A DNA stretch of 64,000 nucleotides, from the sequence record PV754031.1; one strand, 5' to 3'. Both the position numbers and the translations under genes were made by a program. This document shows positions 1-9,758 of this stretch, one piece after another. A model generated the notes under the pieces. It had not been told where the DNA came from. It saw only the letters and a list, made by a program, of their open reading frames with translations, and made no database searches. Each line of letters opens with the position of its first letter. The first letter of the stretch is position 1.

Positions 1-2
1 CA

Positions 3-725
3 AATGAAGCAGAAATTGCTAAGGTAGTTACTTATAAGTCTGGTACTTATAACGACAGCACTAATAACCTATTAATTACTGCTAAACGTGCAGCTAATGG
101 TAGTGTAGCTACGGCTACTGCTGTTGTAGCTATTGCAAATGCGGCTCCTACTGCAACGGTTACCTATCCAGCAGCTCGCCTTCGCTCAGGTGGTAACTTT
201 GGAACCCAAGTACAAAGTCATGTCATTACTTTAACCTCTACTCAGAAACTAAGTGCAGCTCCGGCCATGAATGCGCCTGGCGGTAAGTGGGCTACTGAGG
301 ATTGGAAATCTGACGCCACTGGTAAGGTATGGACACGTGCGTTACTAGTACATGACGATGATCCTAAAGGAACCTACGATTTTAACAGTGTGGTTCTAAA
401 AGGTTTAGCTGGTGTTGAAGCTAATAGTGTAAATGGTGGTACTTACGTACTAGGTGGATTTGTATTCCGCACTCTAAGTGTGGCTGCTTGGCCGAACCGT
501 GAAACTGATATTGGTACTGAAGTAACCAATACTGGTAAACTACGTTGCAGTAACCTATCTAAAGGTTCTACTGGTAGCTTAAACTTCACTTATAAGGCGG
601 ACGATGCAAATCAAGTTGACACCTACACCATCAAGGATGGCAATAAGTGGTATAACTGTGACTCAGCAAACGCTGTATCCAATACCACTGGACTGATGAA
701 AATCGAACTTGAGGAAGTAGTATAA
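3..725 (+). CDS. Virion/tail structural protein, 5'-truncated (phiKZ gp145-like, C-terminal part)
   Basis: Frame is open from base 3 to the stop at 723-725, so the track start at 267 is internal. Thr/Ala/Gly-rich beta-type sequence; stop overlaps the next start (TAATG). Confidence 0.7.
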   Translation, partial: NEAEIAKVVTYKSGTYNDSTNNLLITAKRAANGSVATATAVVAIANAAPTATVTYPAARLRSGGNFGTQVQSHVITLTSTQKLSAAPAMNAPGGKWATEDWKSDATGKVWTRALLVHDDDPKGTYDFNSVVLKGLAGVEANSVNGGTYVLGGFVFRTLSVAAWPNRETDIGTEVTNTGKLRCSNLSKGSTGSLNFTYKADDANQVDTYTIKDGNKWYNCDSANAVSNTTGLMKIELEEVV

Positions 726-3700
726 TGGCTTCTGCATTTGAAGATTATGTAAACGGGGAACTCCCCAAACGGGTATCATCAATTGATGAACCCACTTCTG
801 TAGTTAATGGACACATCCCGGTTTCTACCGGGGTGGGTCTTAATACCACTTTCGTTGATCCTGTTACTATACCTGGATTAAAGGGTGAAGATGGTCAGCC
901 GGGTAAAGATGGCGATCAAGGTCCCCCTGGCCCAGTTGGTCCGGCTATTAACATTATCGCTAATGTTGATCTAGCAACATTCGAACAAGATATTAAACCA
1001 TTAGATACGCATAATGTCGGTGATGCTTGGTTCGTTGAAGATCGGCTATGGGTATGGGAATCACCGCTAGGTAATGAAGATCCCCCTGTAAAAGGTCGTT
1101 GGGTTGAAACAGGTTCACTTCGTGGTCCAGATGGTACTGGTCTGGTTATCCGTGGTCGTTGGCCTAATAACTTAGAATTACCTAAGACTGAAAGTAATAA
1201 ACCTGGAGATGCTTACTCATGGAATAATCAACTCTGGGCGTGGATGCTTATCTCAGGTAATAATCCGCCAGAGAATCCAACTATTGATGACTATGATTGG
1301 TTCCCAGTTACACCACAGGGTGAACGTGGACCTGAGGGCCCTGAGGGTCCGCAAGGTAAAGATGGTGAAATTGGTCCTGAAGGTCCTCAGGGTGAACCAG
1401 CAATGCCGTTTACCATTAAGGATTCGCTACCATCACCAGCTGATTTACCTGATCCATCTGTAGCTAAAGAATCAGAAGCATACTTAGTTACTATGGAAGC
1501 TGGTAAACCAGAACATCTATTCATCTTTGTAAAAGGGGCATGGTCAGACCTAGGTACTTTCCAAGGCCCTGAGGGCCCACAAGGTAAACCAGGTAATACA
1601 GGTGATCCGGGTCCCGATGGTAAACAAGGTGAACCTGGTCCACAAGGTCGTAACTTAGAAGTAGTTAAAGCAGTTGAAACTGCTGATGATCTATTAACCA
1701 CCACTGGTGTAGAACAATACCAAGGTGTTTCAGTACGTTCCACCAATACGGTTTATGTACTGACTGGCCAAGATCCGACTGTTGATATCTCATGGACAGC
1801 CATGGGTTCATTCCGTGGCCCGCAGGGCCCTGAAGGTCCGCAAGGTGAAGATGGCGAACAAGGTCTACCTGGTGAACCAGGGGCACAAGGTAAATCGGCT
1901 TTCCAAGTAGCATTGGACAATGGCTTCACTGGTACTGAGGGTGAATGGTTAATCAGTCTACATGGTAAGAACGTAGTTATTACTGGTGCTGTTGCCAATG
2001 AGGCAGCCCTGCCGGCAGATGCTCCTGATCAGGCAGCGTACTTCACACAAGACACATCTACCTTATTTGTTAAGATAGATGGTAATTGGGTAAATAGTGG
2101 TACACATCGAGGTCCTAAAGGTGAAGATGGCGCACCTGGTAAAGACGGTGATCAGGGACCAGAAGGACCCGAGGGACCAGAAGGCCCACAAGGTCCCGCT
2201 GGTGAACCTATCCAGATCATCGCAGCGATTGACACTCCTGAAGATACCCCACCAGAAGCACTTGCCGATAACCAATGGAAAGCATATACTGTTAAGTCCA
2301 CGGGCGAAGTATTTGTTAACATGGACGGTAGTCGCTGGACTAGCATTGGTATTATGGCAGGTCCGCAAGGTAAACCGGGTGAAGGTTTAAACATTAAAGG
2401 TGTTTTAACCGATGCTTCACAACTACCAAAGAAAGACACTGATCCTGACTTAGTAACTGGTGATTCATACTGGGTTGAAACTAACGAAGGTACAATGCTC
2501 TATACTTACCAAGGTCAGGAAATTGATGGCTATATCGGCCCAATTAATCTAAATGGTGAGCAGGGTATCCAGGGTGTCGAAGGCCCACAAGGTCCTGAAG
2601 GTAAACAAGGTGGTGGTCTATTAATTATCTATGTTGGTGATGATGCTGGTAAACCAGTAGCATCTGCTGATAACGTAGGTAAAGGTATTGCCATTCGCAC
2701 CAATACTGAAGGACAAGTAGAAGTATTTGTAAGTATCGATACTGAAGGTACATTTACTTGGGAAAGCCTAGGTGTCTTAGCCATGGGTCCGCAGGGTCCT
2801 GAAGGTCCTGAGGGCAAACAAGGTGTTCCAGGTATCCCTGGTAAAACCGGTCAGAAAGGTGAACGTGGATCCTCTTGGGTAATTCTACCTGAAGGTCAAA
2901 CTGCACCCACTTCTATCGATGGTAATCGTGGTGACTGGTGTATCGACAAAACTGGTACCGTTTGGTATAAAGATGCTAACTGGGTTGTATTCTACAAATT
3001 AATGTCAGTTCCAGTTAGTGAAGTCGATCCAGAAGATGTCGATAAGAAAATGGTTCGGTACAAACTCGGTTGGACTGAACTACCTGTTGATGAGGTGGTA
3101 GATGCTGAAGTAGGTGTCTTCTATGGTCGCCGTAAAGCAACCGCTGACGGGGCTGTTGAATGGACTGCTATTGAATTACCAACACCTGCCATTGATGCTG
3201 TACCTAGTCCAGTTGTTAATGCACAATACGTTCGTAAAGGTATTGCAGGGGGTGAAACTGAATGGGCTACCATTACATTCCCAGAAATTCCTTCAGATGT
3301 AGTACGCGATACTGCACAAGCTACTAAGCCTCAAGGTCGTGTAGCTGGTAACTGGGTTGATGTAGCACCTCTGCAAACCGATGATACTCTAATGGGTATG
3401 CAAAATGGTGAATGGGTAGCTGTACCAGCCGCAGTTATTGGTGAAGTACCTAGTGAAGGTGCTAATGGCACTAACTATGTACGTGAGAAAACAGCTAGTG
3501 GTTCTAAATGGACACCTGTAACTATTATAGTTGATCAAGCTGATGCTACTAGTGGACAACTATTCCTACGTAATGCTGCGGCTAAATCATGGACTCTATT
3601 CCAAGGGCCGAATAATGATGTAACCGCTGATGGTGATTGGCTACGTAGCCGTACTGGTACTAATATTACTTGGAAGAAGCTAGATAAATCATTCGATGCA

Positions 3701-4006
3701 TATAGCCTAAAATCAAGTACATTCACTGGTACAGCTTTAACTCTAACACCAGCTAACCAACAGTGCTATAGGGTTCAAACTGCTGCTAACCAAACCATTA
3801 CACTAGAGAATGGACCTGTTGATCGTATGATCACAGCTGTTCTTGTATTGCTTGGTAAGGTAGCTATGCCAACACTTTCTAGTGCAGTGTTACAATGGAA
3901 CAATGGTACTCCAGTAATAGTAGATGACCTAGGTGATACTAAAACAGTTCTTACCCTCTTATGGGATGGTACTAACTGGATAGTTTCCAAAGGTGCTGTT
4001 ATTTAA
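725..4006 (+). CDS. Collagen-like tail fibre / virion protein (phiKZ gp146-like, 1093 aa)
   Basis: About nine Gly-X-Y tracts alternate with ~60-aa Trp-containing modules; YxR...W repeats and a LLWDGTNW C-terminal motif typical of fibre proteins. Confidence 0.85.
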   Translation: MASAFEDYVNGELPKRVSSIDEPTSVVNGHIPVSTGVGLNTTFVDPVTIPGLKGEDGQPGKDGDQGPPGPVGPAINIIANVDLATFEQDIKPLDTHNVGDAWFVEDRLWVWESPLGNEDPPVKGRWVETGSLRGPDGTGLVIRGRWPNNLELPKTESNKPGDAYSWNNQLWAWMLISGNNPPENPTIDDYDWFPVTPQGERGPEGPEGPQGKDGEIGPEGPQGEPAMPFTIKDSLPSPADLPDPSVAKESEAYLVTMEAGKPEHLFIFVKGAWSDLGTFQGPEGPQGKPGNTGDPGPDGKQGEPGPQGRNLEVVKAVETADDLLTTTGVEQYQGVSVRSTNTVYVLTGQDPTVDISWTAMGSFRGPQGPEGPQGEDGEQGLPGEPGAQGKSAFQVALDNGFTGTEGEWLISLHGKNVVITGAVANEAALPADAPDQAAYFTQDTSTLFVKIDGNWVNSGTHRGPKGEDGAPGKDGDQGPEGPEGPEGPQGPAGEPIQIIAAIDTPEDTPPEALADNQWKAYTVKSTGEVFVNMDGSRWTSIGIMAGPQGKPGEGLNIKGVLTDASQLPKKDTDPDLVTGDSYWVETNEGTMLYTYQGQEIDGYIGPINLNGEQGIQGVEGPQGPEGKQGGGLLIIYVGDDAGKPVASADNVGKGIAIRTNTEGQVEVFVSIDTEGTFTWESLGVLAMGPQGPEGPEGKQGVPGIPGKTGQKGERGSSWVILPEGQTAPTSIDGNRGDWCIDKTGTVWYKDANWVVFYKLMSVPVSEVDPEDVDKKMVRYKLGWTELPVDEVVDAEVGVFYGRRKATADGAVEWTAIELPTPAIDAVPSPVVNAQYVRKGIAGGETEWATITFPEIPSDVVRDTAQATKPQGRVAGNWVDVAPLQTDDTLMGMQNGEWVAVPAAVIGEVPSEGANGTNYVREKTASGSKWTPVTIIVDQADATSGQLFLRNAAAKSWTLFQGPNNDVTADGDWLRSRTGTNITWKKLDKSFDAYSLKSSTFTGTALTLTPANQQCYRVQTAANQTITLENGPVDRMITAVLVLLGKVAMPTLSSAVLQWNNGTPVIVDDLGDTKTVLTLLWDGTNWIVSKGAVI
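875..2870 (+). repeat. Interrupted collagen (Gly-X-Y) repeats
   Basis: Repeated GPEGPQG/GEPG/GKDG triplets encoded by recurring ggtcctgaaggt/ccgcaaggtaaa words; boundaries approximate. Confidence 0.9.
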
Positions 4007-4017
4007 AACGACATATT

Positions 4018-4037
4018 GCCCTCCCTTCGGGGAGGGC
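4018..4037 (+). terminator. Intrinsic terminator
   Basis: GCCCTCCC-TTCG-GGGAGGGC followed by TTTATTTT, just after the fibre gene. Confidence 0.85.
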
Positions 4038-4105
4038 TTTATTTTGTCTTTTAAGGTTGATTCATTGTTAACCATGCCGTCATACCAGTTATATCTAAAA
4101 AAAGC

Positions 4106-4132
4106 ATAGAAAGCCCTAATAGGGCTTTCTAT
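4106..4132 (-). terminator. Intrinsic terminator
   Basis: ATAGAAAGCCCT-AAT-AGGGCTTTCTAT; the A-run at 4097-4103 gives a U-tract on the minus strand, just downstream of the 4139 stop. Confidence 0.8.
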
Positions 4133-4138
4133 TGGGTA

Positions 4139-4855
4139 TCATGGCTTAAACATGGAAAAGTATTCAGCATCGATGAAATCAAAGTCGATATTAAGTTTAT
4201 GCTTTAACTGGAAATCCATGATAATAAACTGTTTATCTTCAACAGCTAATTCACTTACATCTTTCTCAAATAGTTTTGGACCAATAATAGTAAAGTCAGG
4301 CATCAACACTTGTCCTAATTCAAGAACATGGGTTTTACACCATTCTCCAAAATTATACATAATCGCCATTGAATAGATAGAGTTTAATCTAGAACAAGTA
4401 AGGTCTGTTAATGGAGTATTAATCAGGGTGATCTGAATATGATCACCAATGTACTTATGTAAGCAGTATAGTAATTCATCTTGAGCATCTGGTGTTAATT
4501 CATATGGCCAGATATTGACTTCAAGACATGTTTCAAAATTAGCATTAACTATACCATCTAATCTATTCAAATCTGATTGGGCTATTAATTGAATAATAAA
4601 TGGAATGATACCAGTGAATATAGAACTATTGATAGTGTCAGCAGTATTTTCACCACCACGTTTAGAATAAGCTTCGACAAATTGTTCATTAGTTACTAAA
4701 CCATCTGTTAGTTTAGTCCAATCATCCATTTCCCTATGCCAGTAAATTTGACCATTGGTAACAAGCTTATTAGCTGCATCTTTATTTAGTAACCTAATGG
4801 TTCCTAACCGTGTATCTAATAGTGAGTCAAGATCAATTAAGATTTTACGAAACAT
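4139..4855 (-). CDS. Conserved jumbo-phage hypothetical protein with HAD-like N-terminal motif
   Basis: 238-aa ORF; ILIDLDSLLDT resembles HAD motif I; overlaps the upstream gene. Confidence 0.6.
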   Translation of the reverse strand: MFRKILIDLDSLLDTRLGTIRLLNKDAANKLVTNGQIYWHREMDDWTKLTDGLVTNEQFVEAYSKRGGENTADTINSSIFTGIIPFIIQLIAQSDLNRLDGIVNANFETCLEVNIWPYELTPDAQDELLYCLHKYIGDHIQITLINTPLTDLTCSRLNSIYSMAIMYNFGEWCKTHVLELGQVLMPDFTIIGPKLFEKDVSELAVEDKQFIIMDFQLKHKLNIDFDFIDAEYFSMFKP

Positions 4856-5351
4856 TATTATTTACCGCCTTCTTTTTAGATGGCTTAGCTTGAACTGGGA
4901 TAGATTCAACCATATTAGTAATATAACGGATATTTAAACATTGGCAAATAATCCAAACTAACCAATCATTTTGGTATAAAATGTCAGTTAATTCTTTTCG
5001 TGGAATTAATCGCGCTAACATTTCTTGGTCAACAATAGTTGAATTAGGCTGATAAGGATAAATAGAATCAGCTAGTAATTTCACCACACCATCCCAATCA
5101 TTAACAGCCATCTTAAATCGACTAACTAAACTTAAGATAGGTTGAAGACGATTACCTTTATTACGGAATAAATTCCAGATATCCCTAATAACTGTTTTAT
5201 CAGCAATGTGATACCAATGAGTATTGGTACTCCAGTTATTTAGTAAATCCAAAATATCCGCAATGATTTCAGCACTGTATCCATTTACTAACTCAGTATT
5301 AGATACAATTAAAGCTTCGCACATATCTTCATAAATCTGGCGATTATTCAT
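4845..5351 (-). CDS. Hypothetical protein (phiKZ gp148-like)
   Basis: 168-aa ORF tightly packed in the minus-strand operon. Confidence 0.7.
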   Translation of the reverse strand: MNNRQIYEDMCEALIVSNTELVNGYSAEIIADILDLLNNWSTNTHWYHIADKTVIRDIWNLFRNKGNRLQPILSLVSRFKMAVNDWDGVVKLLADSIYPYQPNSTIVDQEMLARLIPRKELTDILYQNDWLVWIICQCLNIRYITNMVESIPVQAKPSKKKAVNNNVS

Positions 5352-5353
5352 AA

Positions 5354-6028
5354 TTACACCAAGTTATTTTGTAGCATCATGCCTTTTAGATAACATGCAA
5401 ATGTTTTATTAGATTGCACAGTAGTATCATAAGTGGACATGATGGAATCAACAGAAGCACTACCAGTTTCGATAATAGAGCGGTTCATTGCATTATACGC
5501 CTTCTGGTCGCCACCACGCAGTTTCATGAATTCGATCATGGAATAACGGAGACCTTTTGAAGCGTTAACTTGAATCTCTGGTGCAGACATACGGGATCCT
5601 TTAGAATCACCAGTTACCTGCCCTGACCTCTGGTCAATCACGTGACTAGAACCTGGAATACTTTTCTTTTTCTCAAGCATTTGTACTTGACGACGGATTG
5701 GTATTAAACCAACTAAATGTTTATTAGCAGTTCGATATACCTGGCCAGTACCTGGATCAGTTAAAATGATGTGTTGGAATAAATTATGACCAATCGCTTT
5801 AGCAACTTTATAATTTTGCTTAATAGTTAATTTAGGCTTAGTGCATAAGTTAGGAGCATATAATGCCAACATCTCTTCACCAGAATCTAACTTATTAATC
5901 CACTCCTCAAATTCCTCATCATTCATTCGTGCAAACATTTCTTTATAGATATCAACATTACTACTACCAGGTAGAAACATGTCAATAATCCATAGGCATT
6001 CTTTTTCTACCAATTCTCGTTTAGTCAT
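5354..6028 (-). CDS. rpoB: Virion RNA polymerase beta subunit, C-terminal piece (phiKZ gp149-like)
   Basis: RRQVQMLEKK..QRSGQVTGDSKGSRMSAPEIQV aligns with the bacterial beta C-terminal [20 protein letters not shown] region. Confidence 0.85.
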   Translation of the reverse strand: MTKRELVEKECLWIIDMFLPGSSNVDIYKEMFARMNDEEFEEWINKLDSGEEMLALYAPNLCTKPKLTIKQNYKVAKAIGHNLFQHIILTDPGTGQVYRTANKHLVGLIPIRRQVQMLEKKKSIPGSSHVIDQRSGQVTGDSKGSRMSAPEIQVNASKGLRYSMIEFMKLRGGDQKAYNAMNRSIIETGSASVDSIMSTYDTTVQSNKTFACYLKGMMLQNNLV

Positions 6029-6060
6029 GGTAATTTCCTTTAAGGTTGTTTAACATACCA

Positions 6061-6381
6061 TTAGCTTGAGCGAGATACCCCTTGATAGACAGGTATTGAA
6101 TTCTGGTCAGTACATGGAGGCAACCTATGCCTCTTAAGAATTGGTAATATGTTGGCTAGAAAATTAGCATACCATACTTCAAAGGTGACTGAATCATCAA
6201 TGGTAGTTCTAGCTGTCAACGTCTGACTAGGGTATTGAGCTAATAGTTGTTGAAAGCAAGCTGATAAAGTGGGTACATCTGTACACACTGGTAATCGACG
6301 TAATAGATCTTCTGATAGTTCAACATCAAACATTCGTAGACGTTGACAAAGTGTTAAACGATAATCTTCTGTAGTTTTCAT
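6061..6381 (-). CDS. Hypothetical protein
   Basis: 106-aa ORF with AGGA RBS, in operon. Confidence 0.7.
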   Translation of the reverse strand: MKTTEDYRLTLCQRLRMFDVELSEDLLRRLPVCTDVPTLSACFQQLLAQYPSQTLTARTTIDDSVTFEVWYANFLANILPILKRHRLPPCTDQNSIPVYQGVSRSS

Positions 6382-6404
6382 TATAGTTCCTTAGGGTCTT
6401 TATT

Positions 6405-6755
6405 TTACTTTGATATCTCACCACAGTAAATGACCTCTGTTTTTGTTTCAAGCCATTCTACTAATAAATGCCGGTGACAGAAATTACCAGCGCGACAATA
6501 ACAACCTAATGCTACTTCCTCTAATTGGAAGAACCATTTAAAGAATTCTGGATTATCAATCAATGATTGCTCTAACATACTGAGATATGCTTCAGTGTAT
6601 TCATCATCTGATATAATTCCTTTCTTATGTCCCATAACCATTAACCAAGTAGGTGCGAGTTGATACGCACCTGATTTAACAGTTATGTCTAGAGGTTTTA
6701 TTCCTTTCTCTATAACTAACTTATATTTAGCTATCTGATAAGTGTAAACATTCAT
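6405..6755 (-). CDS. DUF488-family protein
   Basis: LAPTW motif plus LGCYCRAGNFCHRHLL (Cx5CHR-type motif characteristic of DUF488). Confidence 0.7.
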   Translation of the reverse strand: MNVYTYQIAKYKLVIEKGIKPLDITVKSGAYQLAPTWLMVMGHKKGIISDDEYTEAYLSMLEQSLIDNPEFFKWFFQLEEVALGCYCRAGNFCHRHLLVEWLETKTEVIYCGEISK

Positions 6756-6770
6756 ATACCAAACCTGACA

Positions 6771-6799
6771 TAACTAGGGATCTTATTGACCCCTAGTTA
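6771..6799 (-). terminator. Hairpin, probable terminator after uvsX
   Basis: TAACTAGGG-11 nt-CCCTAGTTA between the uvsX stop and the next start. Confidence 0.55.
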
Positions 6800-6831
6800 T
6801 TTTGAAACTGGCGATAACATCTATACTAACA

Positions 6832-8271
6832 TTAAGCTTTTGCTTTAGCTAGTTCAAGAGGTACAATTTTAGCTTTTTCTTCGTCAGTCATCCAGTATGG
6901 TTTATATTCACTTTTACGCATGCGTAGTAGGTCATACGTGGATAGGAATTTTTTATCACTAAATTGTTCGTCTTCTTCGAACATCCAATAGCCACGGGTA
7001 TTATTAAGAATAATATTCCAATCATAACCCATTACTTTAAGATCAGCATATAGTTCGGCTGGAGTTACTACATAATCTCCAAGATTCCAACGTTGGAATT
7101 GAATTAATTGTAGCATTTCAGATTGGATTTCAACAGCTCGTTGTAGAGCAGGGTTATCCATCAATTTCTTACGAACAGTGGTTCGGCTTAGTTTGATATC
7201 AGGACATAGCTCAACGAAGTAGTTAATGTTATTACCACCAATCCCCCAATCATTTTCACGGCAATAATGGAATTCCGATAGTGATGGAAGAATACCTTCA
7301 GTCTGTGAAACAATGAGATGGAATGGTAGACCAGTAATTCCACCTTTACCACGTAAGTTAATAACTTCTAGAATACGTAGATCTGTATCGCCTTCAATAG
7401 CAGTTGAATTGTCAATTGGATATAAAGGCATTTTTTCTTTATTGACTAACGGTTTATTAGATTCAATAGAAAACACATTATTCGGCAGAGAGTAGAAACC
7501 ACCTGATACCCCTTTAAGAACCGTATCCTTCTTCATATGCGATAGATTACGTTTATCAGTAGGGTACATCTCAATTTGAATAATATCTCCAACGTGTGCA
7601 GTGAGAATCATGTATGTACTGGTTTTAGCACAGATCTGCGGCAGTTGGTTAAATAACTGATTCTTGGCTTTACCATTAGTCATCGCATCAGTGTTTACTT
7701 TAGAATCACCGATAGCATTTTTAGCATACATTTCAGACACAGCTGAGACAATGAACTTTGAGAAACTATCAATGAATCCACCAGTTGGGTACAGTGCTTT
7801 CTTATTGTTACCATTCACATCAAGAAATGGGGTAGTGCGTAGATAATCTTTTTCAGCTTTCTCTTTTTCAGATAATGCATCTCGGAAGATTTTGAACCAC
7901 TCATCTCCAGTATAACGAGATAAGTCAGTAAACATGTATTGCTCATCATTTTCCCAATCGATAGCAGCTAGCTCAGGATAAGCTTGTGCTAAAGATGTAA
8001 ATCGAGCACCTGGGTTTAATGTACCTTCTGTATCGTAAGTCATTGCATGTGCACCGGGGAAAGCACGGCGCATCATTGCCATGAGGTAGATACCTAATGC
8101 AGTTTTAAAATTGTTAGGTCGTGAAGCAATACCAGTTAGTGATCCCATACCACCATTTAGAATCATTTCACCATGCTTACCTTGTTCATACTTACCAGTT
8201 GAAATGTCCATAAGGCATCCGATGTTAAGAGCCGGTCGGAAAGCTGGACGTTCGAAATGTTTACCAAACAT
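6832..8271 (-). CDS. uvsX: UvsX/RecA-like recombinase (phiKZ gp152-like)
   Basis: P-loop variant GIASRPNNFKT, YDTEGT, Walker B FIDSFS, LTAHV; 479 aa; syntenic position. Confidence 0.85.
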   Translation of the reverse strand: MFGKHFERPAFRPALNIGCLMDISTGKYEQGKHGEMILNGGMGSLTGIASRPNNFKTALGIYLMAMMRRAFPGAHAMTYDTEGTLNPGARFTSLAQAYPELAAIDWENDEQYMFTDLSRYTGDEWFKIFRDALSEKEKAEKDYLRTTPFLDVNGNNKKALYPTGGFIDSFSKFIVSAVSEMYAKNAIGDSKVNTDAMTNGKAKNQLFNQLPQICAKTSTYMILTAHVGDIIQIEMYPTDKRNLSHMKKDTVLKGVSGGFYSLPNNVFSIESNKPLVNKEKMPLYPIDNSTAIEGDTDLRILEVINLRGKGGITGLPFHLIVSQTEGILPSLSEFHYCRENDWGIGGNNINYFVELCPDIKLSRTTVRKKLMDNPALQRAVEIQSEMLQLIQFQRWNLGDYVVTPAELYADLKVMGYDWNIILNNTRGYWMFEEDEQFSDKKFLSTYDLLRMRKSEYKPYWMTDEEKAKIVPLELAKAKA

Positions 8272-8368
8272 GTTGACTCCATTTTTTAAGTTAAACAGTC
8301 AATTAATTGATTTGGAGAGTAATTTTATGTCTACATATTCAACAATCCTTGCGCAAGGAAATTAAGAC

Positions 8369-9283
8369 ATGTTTAACATCCATAAATACGCTAAAAGTAT
8401 TTCACTAGAAAATGATTGTCAGGATCTAATTGAATCTGACAATATTGTTAATGATGATATTAGTTTAGTACAAGTTGATCCAAAACAACAGCTTGTAGAT
8501 ATTACTGAGACTATTTCTCAAGAAGCTAATTTCGCAACAAACGCTATTAACATTATCAATAAACGCGGTGCTAATTTTGCTATCGCTGCTCGTAATGCAT
8601 TTACGTCGATGACTAACTGGAGTAATCAAATTATTCCTGAGTTCCATCCAGCGCAGATGCGCCATTTAGTTTCACACATTGATTATTTAGAAGTAGCAAA
8701 TACAATCGTGCCACAACCAGTTGGTTTTAATGGTGAGATTCCAGACTATGTTGATTATCTATTAACAGAAGCTAAGGAAATGGCCACTATTATTCCAGCG
8801 GTATTAGACCCGGTTAAAGCACAACTTGGATATTATCTACAACAGCGTGCTGATCGAATGGATAAGCGTGGCTTTGCTAATTCATTTGCAATGGCATCGA
8901 TCAATGATCTTGCTAAAGATGCTTCTTTCTATGACAGTGACAACCGGTCAAGTACAGCTGAGTTTGGTAAGCTTTACCCATCATTAAATTCATTTGTTGA
9001 CGCAACAAAGAAAATGAACGATATTCGTAGCATTTTATCACGGGTTCGTCCAAATGATGTAAAACGTGCTTCAGAAGCGCTTAGTCAATTAATTGATAGC
9101 TTTATGGAGGATGTTAAGGATAGTAACTCTGACACCTCTCCAGAGCTATTACAGACATTAATTGAAGGGGTTACATGGGCAGCAGACCATGTTGAACGTT
9201 ATTCAACACTCTTTACCAAGATTGTTGAGACTGCAAACACAATGAAAGCCACTGAAGATATTCTTCGTGAAATCATTGGATAA
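8369..9283 (+). CDS. Virion head protein (phiKZ gp153-like)
   Basis: 304 aa; acidic N-terminus with ISLE/ISQE head-protease-type motifs; helical body. Confidence 0.65.
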   Translation: MFNIHKYAKSISLENDCQDLIESDNIVNDDISLVQVDPKQQLVDITETISQEANFATNAINIINKRGANFAIAARNAFTSMTNWSNQIIPEFHPAQMRHLVSHIDYLEVANTIVPQPVGFNGEIPDYVDYLLTEAKEMATIIPAVLDPVKAQLGYYLQQRADRMDKRGFANSFAMASINDLAKDASFYDSDNRSSTAEFGKLYPSLNSFVDATKKMNDIRSILSRVRPNDVKRASEALSQLIDSFMEDVKDSNSDTSPELLQTLIEGVTWAADHVERYSTLFTKIVETANTMKATEDILREIIG

Positions 9284-9320
9284 CAGCATAAGCCCTCTCC
9301 CAAAGGAGAGGGCATTATGT
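9284..9320. terminator. Bidirectional terminator (CATAA-GCCCTC family)
   Basis: cataaGCCCTCTCC-CAAA-GGAGAGGGCattatg between convergent genes. Confidence 0.85.
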
Positions 9321-9328
9321 CGTACCAA

Positions 9329-9748
9329 TCAATTTGGAATACACTTCTCATGTAAACTTAATTTAAAGAGGGTTTTTAAATCCTTTAAAAAAGTTGCATC
9401 ATCAGCATATTTCATCCAACACGGAGTCTTACGAATAAGCCTCATGAAAAATTGATCAGTGGTTAGATCTGCTTTATCAATCTTATCGATTGCTATCACG
9501 CCTTTCCATACGTACGGCCCATAATGAATAGGGAGTCGTAAGGCAGCTTCATCGCGTACTAGTTTCATGTTAGAATTCAAATGAGAGATCTTTTCACACT
9601 CATTTGTCTTACACTGTACTATAACGGAGTACAGTGACGCCATGACGCACATCCGCTTTAGTTCGGGATCAGCATAGTCCCAGAGCTTAATCCAAATTGC
9701 CCTGAAACCATTCTTAACCGACTTTTTGAATCTGCTAATAAGGTTCAT
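9329..9748 (-). CDS. Hypothetical protein
   Basis: Track ORF 9329-9814; ATG at 9748 (MNLISRF) avoids overlap with RNase H. Confidence 0.65.
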   Translation of the reverse strand: MNLISRFKKSVKNGFRAIWIKLWDYADPELKRMCVMASLYSVIVQCKTNECEKISHLNSNMKLVRDEAALRLPIHYGPYVWKGVIAIDKIDKADLTTDQFFMRLIRKTPCWMKYADDATFLKDLKTLFKLSLHEKCIPN

Positions 9749-9758
9749 GGAATACCCA

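Noticed and set aside
1209-3990. Many alternative-frame and antisense ORFs inside the collagen gene
   Set aside because: Shadows of Gly-Pro codon repeats; no RBS and fully nested in a convincing gene.
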